Shown: positions 18,463-27,879, numbered from the stretch's first letter. The stretch: 64,000 nucleotides of DNA from an uncultured virus (IMG/VR IMGVR_UViG_3300037042_007110) (IMGVR_UViG_3300037042_007110:1-64000), one strand, 5' to 3'. The notes: generated by a model from the sequence alone, not told the origin. Numbers and translations are program-made.

Positions 18463-20231
18463 TGGCCACGACGGTCACACTTCCAGGCATCGCGCTGGAC
18501 CTCGTTGCCGAGGACGTCGGGGACGCCGTCCATGGAACGGTCCTGTCCGGGAATGCCGAGCCGTTCGCGCTGCTCGACGGTCAGACGCTCGTCATCCAGG
18601 CCGACGGAGGGGCGGGTCAGACGGTCGCCTTCGCCGCCGTGGACTTCGACGACATAACGGAGGCCACCGCCGAAGAGGTCGTCGCCTGCATCAACCGGAC
18701 GACGGGCGGGCTCGTCGGGGCAAGTGCCTCCGTGGACGGAGGCAAGGTCCGCCTCACGACGGGCTCGTGGGGCGTGGTCGGCTCGGTCCAGGTCACGGGC
18801 GGGACGGCGAATGCGGGGCTCGCGTTTGATCTGCTGCTCCACAGCGGGACCGACTTCGCCCCGGTCGTGCAGCTCATCAACCGACTGCCCGAGCCGGCAG
18901 AGGTCGGCCACCCGCTCGACGGCGGGGTCGCGCTGGAACTCCACGACGGAGACGGCACCGCGCCAGCGTCGACCGGGGTGACGGTCGCCATCGACCTGGT
19001 CCTGGCCTACGACGGCGGGGCGGGCGGCTTCCAGCCCGGGTTCTCCGGCACGACAAGCAACCCGGACGCGGCCACGCTCCGCATCGTGATCGTCCCGGCC
19101 GCGGACTTCGTCAGCGACTCCCGCGTCGAGGTCGACGTCGCCGAGGCCGTGAGCAGCCTGGCCGAGTCCTACGCCTTCTACACCGCGGACGAGACTCCGC
19201 CGTCCGTCCTCACCGCGACACCGCAGACGCTCGACGTGGTCCGAATCGTCTTCGCCGAGCCGGTGAAGATGACGGACGCGGCGGCTGCCGACGACGCGCT
19301 GAACCCGGAGAACTACGAGTTCGAGCCGGGCTCCGTCCCGACCGTGGACGTTGTGGCGGTCAGCGTCGCGGCTGTCGACGCCTTCACGGTGGACGTGACG
19401 GTCAACGTGGAGTTCGCCTTCGGGTCCATCTACGAGGTCACGGTCGTCGCCGTCGAGGACCTGGTCGGGAACGCCGTGTCCCCGCCGACGAACAGTGCGA
19501 GCTTCACGTCGCTCCCGGGGTGTGCTCCGGCCGGCCGGCGGTTCTTGTACCTCGAACTGCTTCCGCAGATGAACAGGACGGAGGACGTCACCGGCGAACT
19601 CGCCATGTACGCAGCCTGCAAGCAGGACGTCATCTGGCTGCTCCTGTGTGAGATCGACCGCTGGTCCACGATCCTCGACCCGGACCTCGCGCCGGAGGAC
19701 TTCCTCGACGCGATGCTCGCCGACATGGGCAACCCCTTCCGTTTCCTCGAGCTGACGGAGGTCGACAAGCGGCGGCTGCTCCGGGTGCTTATCGACATCT
19801 ACAAGCTCAAGGGGACGGAGGTCGGTGTCACCTCGGTCATCCTGTTCTTGCTCGGCCTCACCGTTACCGTCGACGTCTTCAACGGCGATGGCTGGGAGCT
19901 TGCCGCGAGCGACAACCCAACCCTGGACGGCCAAAGCCCACCGCCCGGCCCGGGCAAGGAGCTCTCGAACGACTACGTCATCCCCGCCAACTACGCGGTG
20001 CTGGGACCGGGAGAGCGGCGGTTGCTCTACACGTTCGACATCATCTCGGCGGTCAACCTGACGGATGAACAGCGCGACCGGATCGAAGACATCGTGGACC
20101 TGATGAAGCCCGCGCACACGCACCTCGGGCGCATCATCGAACCGCAGACCGAGGAGGTCATCGACCACCTCGAGCTGAGCCTCTCCGCTCTTGGCGGAGC
20201 GAGCACGCCGGGCAACTGGCGGCTGCACTAG
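18462..20231 (+). CDS. Baseplate/tail protein I-like with N-terminal sheath-shared and Ig-like domains
   Basis: LDPDLAPEDFLDAMLADMG, IYKLKGT, LMKPAHT motifs of the P2 gpI family. Confidence 0.85.
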   Translation: MATTVTLPGIALDLVAEDVGDAVHGTVLSGNAEPFALLDGQTLVIQADGGAGQTVAFAAVDFDDITEATAEEVVACINRTTGGLVGASASVDGGKVRLTTGSWGVVGSVQVTGGTANAGLAFDLLLHSGTDFAPVVQLINRLPEPAEVGHPLDGGVALELHDGDGTAPASTGVTVAIDLVLAYDGGAGGFQPGFSGTTSNPDAATLRIVIVPAADFVSDSRVEVDVAEAVSSLAESYAFYTADETPPSVLTATPQTLDVVRIVFAEPVKMTDAAAADDALNPENYEFEPGSVPTVDVVAVSVAAVDAFTVDVTVNVEFAFGSIYEVTVVAVEDLVGNAVSPPTNSASFTSLPGCAPAGRRFLYLELLPQMNRTEDVTGELAMYAACKQDVIWLLLCEIDRWSTILDPDLAPEDFLDAMLADMGNPFRFLELTEVDKRRLLRVLIDIYKLKGTEVGVTSVILFLLGLTVTVDVFNGDGWELAASDNPTLDGQSPPPGPGKELSNDYVIPANYAVLGPGERRLLYTFDIISAVNLTDEQRDRIEDIVDLMKPAHTHLGRIIEPQTEEVIDHLELSLSALGGASTPGNWRLH

Positions 20232-20240
20232 GAGGGAAGC

Positions 20241-22193
20241 ATGGACCGCTTCAACTTCTTCTTCCGGCAGAAGGTCACCGAAGGGGAGCTGGACGCTGCC
20301 TTCACAGCCGTCGAGGATGCCCTGAAGGACTGGGCGCTGGACAACGGGGTCGTCGGCATCACGAGCGGAGCGGCCGTCTCGGAGAACGCCGGGACGCCGA
20401 ACCTGACGGTCGACGTCGGTGGCCCGGCGTCCATCTACAACCAGAACGGGAACCGCGTCACATGGACCGGCACGCAGGACGTGAACTGCGCCGTGGACGA
20501 GAACAGCAATCCGACTGCGGTGGCGGCACCCGGCAACGAGAAGTGGCTGACCATCTTCGCTGATTACGTCCAGGTGCAGTCGGACCCGCGGCTGGATGGC
20601 GACGGAAACACCGTCTTCTACGAGTTGACCGACTCGTTCGCCCTCCGTGTGGTACAAGGCGCGGAGGCGGTCATCCCGACCGCGACGAGGCCGGCGCTCC
20701 GAGCCAGCCAGATTCTCTTGGCAGACGTGCGTCTCGTCTTCGGCACGACGCAGGTCTTCAACGCGGACATCAGCACCCTCCGGCGCGAGTGGGCCATCAA
20801 GACGACCTCCGGAACGGCCGTCGCCTGCGGAACCGTCGAGGCGGCGGTCCAAGCACTGGCCACGGCCATCGCCACGAGCGGCACCGACCTGGCTGCTCAC
20901 AAGGCAGCGGTCACGAAGGAGCACAACGCGACCGCCGTCGAGTACGCGTCGAGCCCGACGTGGCACGATGGGACGACGCTGACGGTGCCGGAGTCGGTGG
21001 AACAGGCCATCGACGAGATCATCGTGAAGCTCGCCGACGTCGGAACGTTCGGGCTCGGCGGCGGCGACAAGATCGGCATCGAAGGCCAGACCGTCGGGCT
21101 CGCGACCGTCGCGAACGGGTCGCTCTATGACCAGATCGGCCAGCTCCTCACCGACATCGACATGCTGAAGCGGACAGGAACGGTTGGTTCGAAGGCACGG
21201 GCGTCGAACTTCCGGATGTCTGCGATGGTCAGCTCCGGCGCCGGGGTCAACGTGCAGGCGGTCGCGATGAGCGCGCCTCCGGCGTCGACGCACCAGTGGG
21301 GTGCCGTCGCAGAGGCGGTTGGCGCGCCAGAAGTTCGGTACTCGAACGAAGGTCCGCTCTCCGGGTGGCAGGCGGGCGCTGCTCTGCCCGGAACGTGCGA
21401 CCGCATTCGGGCCATCGCCTACTCCCCGACGCTGAACCTCTGGGTCGTGGCGGGGCGCGTCTCGGCTGCTCTCGGGGCGTACATCGCAACTGGAACGACG
21501 CTCGCCGGTCTGACGGAGCGGACGGCGACGGGGATGCTCGCAGCCGGCGACCAGATTGAGAGCCTCATCTGGGACCCGGTCGGCGCGCAGTTCATCGCCG
21601 GCGGAGCAGCGGGCAAGATCATCACCTCCGCGAACGGCACCGCGTGGGCCGCGTCCACGACGCCCGGCGGTGCGGTGGAGGTCGTGGACCTCGCGGTGAA
21701 CCCGGACACCGGAACCCTGGTCGCCGCCGTCAGGACGGGCGGGAACGGGCAGGCCTGGCGGTCCGTGAACAGCGGGGCCACCTGGACGCTGAACGCCACG
21801 CTCACCGGGTCGGACGCCCGCTGCTGCTGCTTCGACGAAGTCGGCGGGTTCTTCTGGATTGGGTGCGAGAGCAGCAAGGTCTGGAGGGCGGCCGCGACGG
21901 GTTCCGGCTGGACCGACCAATCTCCCGGAGCCATGCCGACGGCGGACACGGCCGACGGCATCGCCGCCGCGGACGACGGGCTGGTCCTCGCAAACATGGC
22001 GGTCGACCGAGAGGTGTACACGATGGACGGCGGAACGACGTGGGGTTACGTCGGCGTGGACACGGAGGACGGCTCCCCGGCTGGCGGATCGTGGGGACCA
22101 ATCCTGCGTTTCATCGGCGGCCGCTTCGTGCAGCTCAGCAGCACATACGTTCTCACCTCCCTGATCGGCGGAGCAGAGCGGGACGTGAGCTGA
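20241..22193 (+). CDS. Tail fibre / receptor-binding protein
   Basis: Follows gpI-like gene; N-terminal baseplate-attachment segment (FFFRQKVTEGELD); C-terminal Asp-box-like repeats (SANGTAW, SVNSGATW, TMDGGTTW) suggesting a beta-propeller. Confidence 0.75.
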   Translation: MDRFNFFFRQKVTEGELDAAFTAVEDALKDWALDNGVVGITSGAAVSENAGTPNLTVDVGGPASIYNQNGNRVTWTGTQDVNCAVDENSNPTAVAAPGNEKWLTIFADYVQVQSDPRLDGDGNTVFYELTDSFALRVVQGAEAVIPTATRPALRASQILLADVRLVFGTTQVFNADISTLRREWAIKTTSGTAVACGTVEAAVQALATAIATSGTDLAAHKAAVTKEHNATAVEYASSPTWHDGTTLTVPESVEQAIDEIIVKLADVGTFGLGGGDKIGIEGQTVGLATVANGSLYDQIGQLLTDIDMLKRTGTVGSKARASNFRMSAMVSSGAGVNVQAVAMSAPPASTHQWGAVAEAVGAPEVRYSNEGPLSGWQAGAALPGTCDRIRAIAYSPTLNLWVVAGRVSAALGAYIATGTTLAGLTERTATGMLAAGDQIESLIWDPVGAQFIAGGAAGKIITSANGTAWAASTTPGGAVEVVDLAVNPDTGTLVAAVRTGGNGQAWRSVNSGATWTLNATLTGSDARCCCFDEVGGFFWIGCESSKVWRAAATGSGWTDQSPGAMPTADTADGIAAADDGLVLANMAVDREVYTMDGGTTWGYVGVDTEDGSPAGGSWGPILRFIGGRFVQLSSTYVLTSLIGGAERDVS

Positions 22194-22196
22194 CCC

Positions 22197-22664
22197 GTGC
22201 CCTGGTGGGTGCCACTGGCCGTTGCTCTCCCGGGCTTCCTGCTCTGGTCGGTCGTGCACGAAGGCGCACACGCGCTCGCCGCCCGGGCGTCTGGGCTCCG
22301 CGTGGTGGCCTTCGAACCCTGGCCTCACCGGATGCCGAGTGGCCGCTTCGCCTTCGCGTGGGTGGCCTTCGACGGGGAGCCTTCGACGATCGTGCGCGTC
22401 GCGCCGTTCGTCCTCGACGCGTTCGTCGTGGCCGGCGTCGCGGCCGGCTTCGCGCTCTGGCCCAGCGACGCCCCGCGATGGGTTCTTGCGACCGCGGCCG
22501 CGCTCCCGGCCGTCAACTCCACGGTCGGCGTGCTCGGGCGGTACCGCCGAGTCAACGACACCGATCTCTCGAACGTGGACTGGAAGGTCGCGACGCCGTT
22601 CCTGTTCCTGGTCCTCGCCTACTGGGCGGCTCTCGGCGCTGCTGTGCTGCTCCTCCTGACGTGA
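22197..22664 (+). CDS. Small membrane protein with HExxH motif (M50/zincin-like)
   Basis: VVHEGAHAL immediately after a hydrophobic helix; about four hydrophobic segments. Confidence 0.6.
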   Translation: MPWWVPLAVALPGFLLWSVVHEGAHALAARASGLRVVAFEPWPHRMPSGRFAFAWVAFDGEPSTIVRVAPFVLDAFVVAGVAAGFALWPSDAPRWVLATAAALPAVNSTVGVLGRYRRVNDTDLSNVDWKVATPFLFLVLAYWAALGAAVLLLLT

Positions 22665-22701
22665 TAGCCTGGAAGCATGGGGGTCGACATGGAGCGGGGC
22701 C

Positions 22702-23130
22702 GTGTGGGACTTCCTGAGCAACGTGCTGGAACAGGCCGGAGTCGTCGCTGCTCTGTACTTCCTGACGCTCATCGGGGTGGCCTTCGCGTTCCGCGCCATG
22801 TGGCACAGCCACCAGACCGAGGCGACGAAGCGGCTGGACGCATACAAGGCATTCGAGGAGGAGCGCACCACGCTGCTCAAGGGCTTCACCGCGGAACTCG
22901 CGGAGCAACGAAGGAAGCACGAGATCGAGTTGCGGAAGCTGAACGAGCAGGTCCGCGCGGAAGCCTCGAGCTACGCCATGCGACTCGACGCTTTGCACGA
23001 GCGACGAGTTGTTGAAATGCGCGACCTGACCACGAAGACCATCGGCCACATCGCCAGCATCGACCAGACCGTAGGCAAGCTCGGCTCGGCCGTGGACGTC
23101 CTGATCCGCATCACGGACGGAGGGAGGTGA
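22702..23130 (+). CDS. Membrane-anchored coiled-coil protein (holin/antiholin-like)
   Basis: One N-terminal TM helix plus coiled coil, upstream of candidate endolysin. Confidence 0.5.
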   Translation: MWDFLSNVLEQAGVVAALYFLTLIGVAFAFRAMWHSHQTEATKRLDAYKAFEEERTTLLKGFTAELAEQRRKHEIELRKLNEQVRAEASSYAMRLDALHERRVVEMRDLTTKTIGHIASIDQTVGKLGSAVDVLIRITDGGR

Positions 23131-23396
23131 GCATGGTACGCAGGAACGCCTGTGCCGAGGCACCCGACTTCGACGCGCTGTTCGACGACGACATGACCGA
23201 GGTGACGCGGATGCTGCGCTGGCTCGACGCCTGTGTCGAGGAGAGCGCGGGGAATCTGCGCGAGGTCGGCGAGAAAGCCGAGCGCCTCACGAGCAGCCTC
23301 GAACGAAGCGCGGACCCGGAGCGAATGAAACGCCACATCCGCGAAACGCTGACCCCGCCGCCAACCATGTTCATCCAGGACCCGTCCGACGACTGA
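23127..23396 (+). CDS. Hypothetical protein
   Basis: GTGA overlap with upstream gene; GGAGG RBS. Confidence 0.55.
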   Translation: MSMVRRNACAEAPDFDALFDDDMTEVTRMLRWLDACVEESAGNLREVGEKAERLTSSLERSADPERMKRHIRETLTPPPTMFIQDPSDD

Positions 23397-23448
23397 GCTT
23401 GCTTGCCGCGCCGCCCGCGCGGTACGCTCGGCGCAGAAGGGGAAGGAC

Positions 23449-24297
23449 ATGCCAGTACCAACCGGGATTGGGCTCTACCTCCGTGCACTGAAGATCAAGA
23501 CCGTCGCCGACGCCAGGGCGCTCGGAAAGAAGTTCTCCGACAACGGGCTGTCGTGGGTCGCCGTCGCCGGACCCTGGCACGACCGGGCCGGGGAGCGCTG
23601 GATGAACCCGCCCGCCACGGTCCAGCGCGCGCTCGACGGCATCGCCTGCTGCGGAATCGGGGCGCACGTCTGGGGTTACCCGTGGTGGGACCGCGTCGAG
23701 AAGTTCGTGGACGACATGTGCTTGGCCAGCGGCCGGGGCGTCGGGCTCGCCGGATGGCTGCTCGACCCGGAACTCGGGCTGAAAGGCCACACCGAGGAGG
23801 CGACTCGCCTGTTCCGGCAGTCGAGAGCGGCACTCGACGCGGTCGGCGAACCGTCCGTCGTGCTCGGGCTCACGTCCTACGGGCTGCCGCGGGGCCACCG
23901 GAACTTCCCCTTCGCTGCCTTCGGCAAGCCGGGCAAGGCGGGGCGGCTGCTCGAATGCGACTACGGAAGCCCGCAGCTCTACGACGTGCCGGCGGGGCGC
24001 GTGCTGGAAGGGCTCGCGGACTACGCGAAGATCGGCTTCGACACAGTCGTCCCGAGCTTTGGGTGCTACCGCTTCGTCAAGCGCGACCCCGGGCTGCCGC
24101 TGACCGGCGCCAACCGGAAGGCCGTCCCGAAGACGCCGGAGGAGCTGGAGGCTCACCTGATGGACTTCGTGCGCAGCCCGGTCCCCGTCCGCGGAATGAT
24201 CGGGTGGGCGGAGAACTTCGTCGGACCGGGGCAGTGGCGGGTGCTCGCCCGGTGGGCGGAGCTGCTCCGCCGCGGTGCCGGGGCGCTCCCGGCCTGA
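23449..24297 (+). CDS. Putative endolysin, TIM-barrel glycoside hydrolase-like
   Basis: HVWGY, LLDPE (DxE), LGLTSY, SPQLY motifs resemble GH25/DUF1906-like barrels; flanked by membrane genes. Confidence 0.6.
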   Translation: MPVPTGIGLYLRALKIKTVADARALGKKFSDNGLSWVAVAGPWHDRAGERWMNPPATVQRALDGIACCGIGAHVWGYPWWDRVEKFVDDMCLASGRGVGLAGWLLDPELGLKGHTEEATRLFRQSRAALDAVGEPSVVLGLTSYGLPRGHRNFPFAAFGKPGKAGRLLECDYGSPQLYDVPAGRVLEGLADYAKIGFDTVVPSFGCYRFVKRDPGLPLTGANRKAVPKTPEELEAHLMDFVRSPVPVRGMIGWAENFVGPGQWRVLARWAELLRRGAGALPA

Positions 24298-24322
24298 TAC
24301 ACTCGGGGCGGGAGGTCGCGTG

Positions 24323-24754
24323 ATGGAGTTCGTCAACGAATACGTCCTCGCTCACTGGCCGTTCATCACGTTCGCCCTGGTCGCGGGGCTCACGGTCCAG
24401 GTCTTCAAGGCGGAAGTCTGGACGAAGAGGCGGGCGGAGGCGAAGGGACGCTGGCAGTGGCTGTTCTGGTGGGGGCGAAAGACGCTCGCCCTGCATCCGT
24501 TCGTGGTCGGGGCGCTGCTCGGCCTCATCCCAGGGATGCCGACGACGGTTCCGGCGGCGGAGTCGCTGGCCGGGCGTGCCGTGTACTACGCGGCGGCTGG
24601 GCTCGCGAGTTGCTGGGCGTTCGACGTGATCCAAGGGCTCGCGAAGAAGCGAGGCATCGTGCTCACCGGGATCAACAACGGGAGTGGTGAGGGAGGCGGA
24701 GAGGTGGCGGCCGGCGGGGAAGGCGGCGGGTCCGAGAACGGCGGGCCGGTGTGA
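24323..24754 (+). CDS. Putative holin
   Basis: Three hydrophobic segments, basic C-terminal patch; GGAGG RBS; follows candidate endolysin. Confidence 0.6.
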   Translation: MEFVNEYVLAHWPFITFALVAGLTVQVFKAEVWTKRRAEAKGRWQWLFWWGRKTLALHPFVVGALLGLIPGMPTTVPAAESLAGRAVYYAAAGLASCWAFDVIQGLAKKRGIVLTGINNGSGEGGGEVAAGGEGGGSENGGPV

Positions 24755-25098
24755 CGACGGGTGTGCTCCGCAAGGGTTGGCGGTGGCTGCGCCGATGGTG
24801 GGGTGTGGTGGCTGGAGTCGTTGGGGTTGCCATCGGCGCAGCCATCGCCGTTGGCGCATACCAGCGGAGGGTATCCTCTCTCCGTGACGCTGTCACGGTC
24901 GAGCACGCACAGCGCGAGGTGGCAGAGCTGCGCGGGCGGAAGGCCGAGCTGTTGGCCGCCGACAAGCACGACGCGGCGGCGGTCCTCGTCGTGGACACGA
25001 AGCTCGAGGAGAACCGCCAGGCCATCGCGGCTGCTCGGAAGAAGGCGGACGTTCCGGACGCCGAGCTTGCCGCGGAGTTCGAGAGGCTCGGGTACTGA
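24751..25098 (+). CDS. Putative inner-membrane spanin-like protein
   Basis: Basic N-terminus, single TM helix, coiled coil; follows holin. Confidence 0.5.
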   Translation: MTTGVLRKGWRWLRRWWGVVAGVVGVAIGAAIAVGAYQRRVSSLRDAVTVEHAQREVAELRGRKAELLAADKHDAAAVLVVDTKLEENRQAIAAARKKADVPDAELAAEFERLGY

Positions 25099-25634
25099 TG
25101 CGCTTGACCAGGGATGAGGAGCGGGCGCTCCGTGCGGCAAACGCGGTCTTCGCCGACACACGCACGTCGGCGCGGGTTGCCGCTGTCGTGTTCGCCATCG
25201 CCTTCGGCATCATCGTCCTGGTCGCGGCCGGGGCGTGTTTCGCCGAGGAGCAGCCGGCGGAGTCGCCGCGCCGAGCGACCTTGACCTATGCCGGGGCGTC
25301 CGGTGTGTGGTTCCGCGCGGACGTCGCCCGCGAGATGCTCTCCGACCTGGAGGAACTTCCGCTGCTCCGGGAGCGGGTCGGCTTGATGGGGGAGCGGCTG
25401 CAGCTCCGGGACGACCAGGTCGAACGGCTCCACAGGATCGTCAGTTTGTCCGAGGAGGCGGAGGCTAGGGCGGTCGCCGCACTTGCGGCGGCGGACCGTG
25501 GAAGGCAGGCGGCGGAGGACAGGGCCAGCGCATGGTGGCGCCACCCCGCGCTCTGGACGGTGGTCGGGTTCGTGGCCGCCGCTGCTCTCGTTGCGCTGAC
25601 GGCCTACGCCCTGTCGGCAGTCCCGGAATGGTAA
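25098..25634 (+). CDS. Putative spanin-like protein with N- and C-terminal hydrophobic segments
   Basis: Signal/TM segment ending AAGAC, central coiled coil, C-terminal TM helix; last gene of the late operon. Confidence 0.45.
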   Translation: MRLTRDEERALRAANAVFADTRTSARVAAVVFAIAFGIIVLVAAGACFAEEQPAESPRRATLTYAGASGVWFRADVAREMLSDLEELPLLRERVGLMGERLQLRDDQVERLHRIVSLSEEAEARAVAALAAADRGRQAAEDRASAWWRHPALWTVVGFVAAAALVALTAYALSAVPEW

Positions 25635-25706
25635 AGCCGTCGCCGCCCCGACCCGGGGGGGAAGGTCCCGGAATCGACGCGACGACGGCCGGCTCCGATT
25701 CTACCG

Positions 25707-26099
25707 CTACTTGGGCTCCGCGATGAACTCCCCGCACGCAGAAATCGTCACGAGGATGGTGGAGCCGTCGGCGTCCGGGGCGAAACGGCAGACCGTGGCG
25801 TGCGCGCACCGCAAGCACAGGTGGCGCGACGCCCAGAGCGCCTCCGCCGCTTCCCGGGGCACGTCCGCGTAGGCGAGCGTCAGGTCGTCCTCCACGACGG
25901 CCTCGGCGGCTCGGCGTTTCGAGCAGTCCGGACACAGGAAGCAACTCCCATCGTCCGTTTGGGCGACCGTCCAGGGCGCGGGCGGTTCGGCCTTCCCAGG
26001 GTCGCCGTCGGTGGGGACGTGGAACCGCTGCTGGACAGCGTGCTTGCACCCCACCGTGGAGCAGCGCCACTCGACAGACTTCCAGTTCGACCCGGGCAT
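25707..26099 (-). CDS. Cys-rich (zinc-finger-like) hypothetical protein
   Basis: GGAGG RBS before ATG at 26099; CSTVGC, CPDC, CLRC..C motifs. Confidence 0.6.
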   Translation of the reverse strand: MPGSNWKSVEWRCSTVGCKHAVQQRFHVPTDGDPGKAEPPAPWTVAQTDDGSCFLCPDCSKRRAAEAVVEDDLTLAYADVPREAAEALWASRHLCLRCAHATVCRFAPDADGSTILVTISACGEFIAEPK

Positions 26100-26206
26100 C
26101 GGTTGCCTCCGTGTACAGCCCAGCCTACCATCACCGAGCACCGACGGCGCGTGCCGCCCAATGACCGGCCGCGGCTTGCGCCCGAGCCCACACAAGGAGG
26201 TACCTC

Positions 26207-27238
26207 ATGCGGGCTGTCATGTTCTTGATCTGGACGATACTGGTCGGAGTCGGTTGCGGCGCCGAACCCGCACCGGTCGAGCAACCTCGACCGTACCGCG
26301 GGGCGCGGTCCGTACCGCGGAGCGTCGCCCTCGACGACTTCGACATGGAAGCCAGGGTGAACGCGATCCGCGGGGAGCTGCGCCTTCCCGACGTACAGCG
26401 GGCAACCCCGGAGGAGGTCGCGGCGGCCGAAGCCGAAGCGGAGGCCTTGCGCGCCAAGCGGCTGCGCGAGCGCCAGCTACGACGGTGGGCGTGGGAGTCG
26501 CCGGCGGAGGTGCGCTCTCGCCTGTGGAACGTGCCCGAAGAGGAGTCGGCGGAGGCAGAGGCGACGGCGCTGCTCCGGGTCTGCATGTGCGAGGCGGACG
26601 GAAGCGAACTCGACTGCCTTGGAATCTGGCAGGTTCTGCGAAACATCCGCAGCCGGGGCTGCACCAGGGAGGGCTTCCGGCAGCGGATCACGGAATGCGA
26701 CGACGACGGAGAGACGATGCTGTCCGTGATGCGCCGTGCACAGAGGTTCGCCACAGGGATGCTCCCGCCGCGGTCGCGGCGCACGCAGTGGGTGGCCGAG
26801 CTCGAGCTCGATTGCACCCGGCCGCGAAGCTACCCAGGATCGGACGCATCCTGGGCAAGTCAGTACGGGCGGTCCTGCCCAGGCACCGCTGCTCTGGCGC
26901 AGAGGCTCATTGCCGGGGACGAGCCGCCCATGCCCTTCCCCGGGGTCAGGCCGATCACCTGGGGCGGGCGCTGCGAGGACGAGCGCGGAGCCTGCGACGA
27001 CACGGTGGCGTGTGGCCGCGGGCTCGCCCGGGTTACGGGAGTCGAGACACTCAATGCCTTCTGGTGTGTTCCTGGTACCCAGGGATGCGCGGAAGAGATG
27101 GACCCGCTCTGCGCGCAGTACCTACGGCTCGACCCGGCCGTTCCGCACGTCACCGCTCCCGACGGGAGCCAGGACAGGCTCCCCGGCGAGGCGGCGGAGG
27201 CGGACCCAGTCCTCGACCAGAGCGATCCAGTCGGATAG
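26207..27238 (+). CDS. Cys-rich lipoprotein with possible SleB-like cell wall hydrolase segment
   Basis: AAGGAGG RBS; signal peptide with lipobox VGVGC; LLRVCMCEADG...IWQVLRNIR resembles the SleB/Hydrolase_2 catalytic-Glu helix; 14 Cys. Confidence 0.55.
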   Translation: MRAVMFLIWTILVGVGCGAEPAPVEQPRPYRGARSVPRSVALDDFDMEARVNAIRGELRLPDVQRATPEEVAAAEAEAEALRAKRLRERQLRRWAWESPAEVRSRLWNVPEEESAEAEATALLRVCMCEADGSELDCLGIWQVLRNIRSRGCTREGFRQRITECDDDGETMLSVMRRAQRFATGMLPPRSRRTQWVAELELDCTRPRSYPGSDASWASQYGRSCPGTAALAQRLIAGDEPPMPFPGVRPITWGGRCEDERGACDDTVACGRGLARVTGVETLNAFWCVPGTQGCAEEMDPLCAQYLRLDPAVPHVTAPDGSQDRLPGEAAEADPVLDQSDPVG

Positions 27239-27571
27239 CTCCATCGTCACCGTTGGCGGGGCGAGCGCCCGCCCGACCTTCCAGCCCGGAGGTGGCTTGT
27301 CGTCCTTGCAGATGGCGACCGCGGGGCGGAGGTCGCCCCGTTCGGCCTGCTTCGTTCGCGCTTGGCGGAGCGCGGCACGCGGGTTCGATAGCTGCTCGTG
27401 CTTGGCTTCGACCCAGAACGGGGTGCCTTCGTTGTCGCATCCTTCGCCGGGAGCCGAGCCGCCCTGCCGCCGCTGGTCGCCGCGGTGCACACCGTCGCCG
27501 AAGACGGGGCGGAGCAGCCGACAGACCGCCCGTTCCCAGACCTTTCCCTTCCGCGCGCTCCTCGAGCCCAT
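27122..27571 (-). CDS. Holliday junction resolvase (PD-(D/E)XK, Hjc-like)
   Basis: SARKGKVWERAV, GCD, WVEAK motifs. Confidence 0.85.
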   Translation of the reverse strand: MGSRSARKGKVWERAVCRLLRPVFGDGVHRGDQRRQGGSAPGEGCDNEGTPFWVEAKHEQLSNPRAALRQARTKQAERGDLRPAVAICKDDKPPPGWKVGRALAPPTVTMELSDWIALVEDWVRLRRLAGEPVLAPVGSGDVRNGRVEP

Positions 27572-27774
27572 CAGTTCATCCTCCGCTCGGCACCGAAGGC
27601 GCAATGTGCGAGCCGGGCAACGGCGAAGGCTTCGCCTGGGTCCACGCCGAATCTCCGACAGAGCTTCCCGAGGACGATTGCCAGGGCGGTCACGCTGGGC
27701 TGACCGACCGGCACGGCAAGGCACTCCAAGCGGGCGGCAAGGAGGTCTACGGTACGTCGCGTGTTCGTTTCCAC
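27571..27774 (-). CDS. Hypothetical protein
   Basis: TGATG coupling to resolvase; GTG start 6 nt after a GCGCAATGATC motif. Confidence 0.55.
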   Translation of the reverse strand: METNTRRTVDLLAARLECLAVPVGQPSVTALAIVLGKLCRRFGVDPGEAFAVARLAHCAFGAERRMN

Positions 27775-27810
27775 ACTTCGATCATTGCGCGGAACGCGGC
27801 GGAAGGGGAA

Positions 27811-27879
27811 GAGGGATCACTCCCTGTACGGTGCGTTGATTGTTTCCCTTGCGTTCGGTGCATTCGTAGCACAATAATG
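27811..27879 (+). promoter_or_regulatory. Putative promoter/operator region P1
   Basis: GAGGGATCACTCC (27811-27823), TTGCGT (27849-27854), TGCATTCGTAGCA (27859-27871), AATAAT; two 13-mers shared with 30496-30553. Confidence 0.6.

Noticed and set aside
1..22193. Extracellular contractile injection system or tailocin rather than phage
   Set aside because: Long tape measure, lysis genes and a contiguous complete phage replication module indicate a phage; head genes are presumably outside the window
10384..22193. Diversity-generating retroelement acting on tail fibres
   Set aside because: No reverse transcriptase and no template/variable repeat pair differing at adenines was seen
18342..22889. 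1515-aa minus-strand ORF and many other long overlapping ORFs (e.g. 158..2257, 14971..17274, 4451..6514)
   Set aside because: Shadow frames of high-GC coding genes; Arg/Pro/Gly-rich, no motifs, antisense or out of frame to well-supported genes
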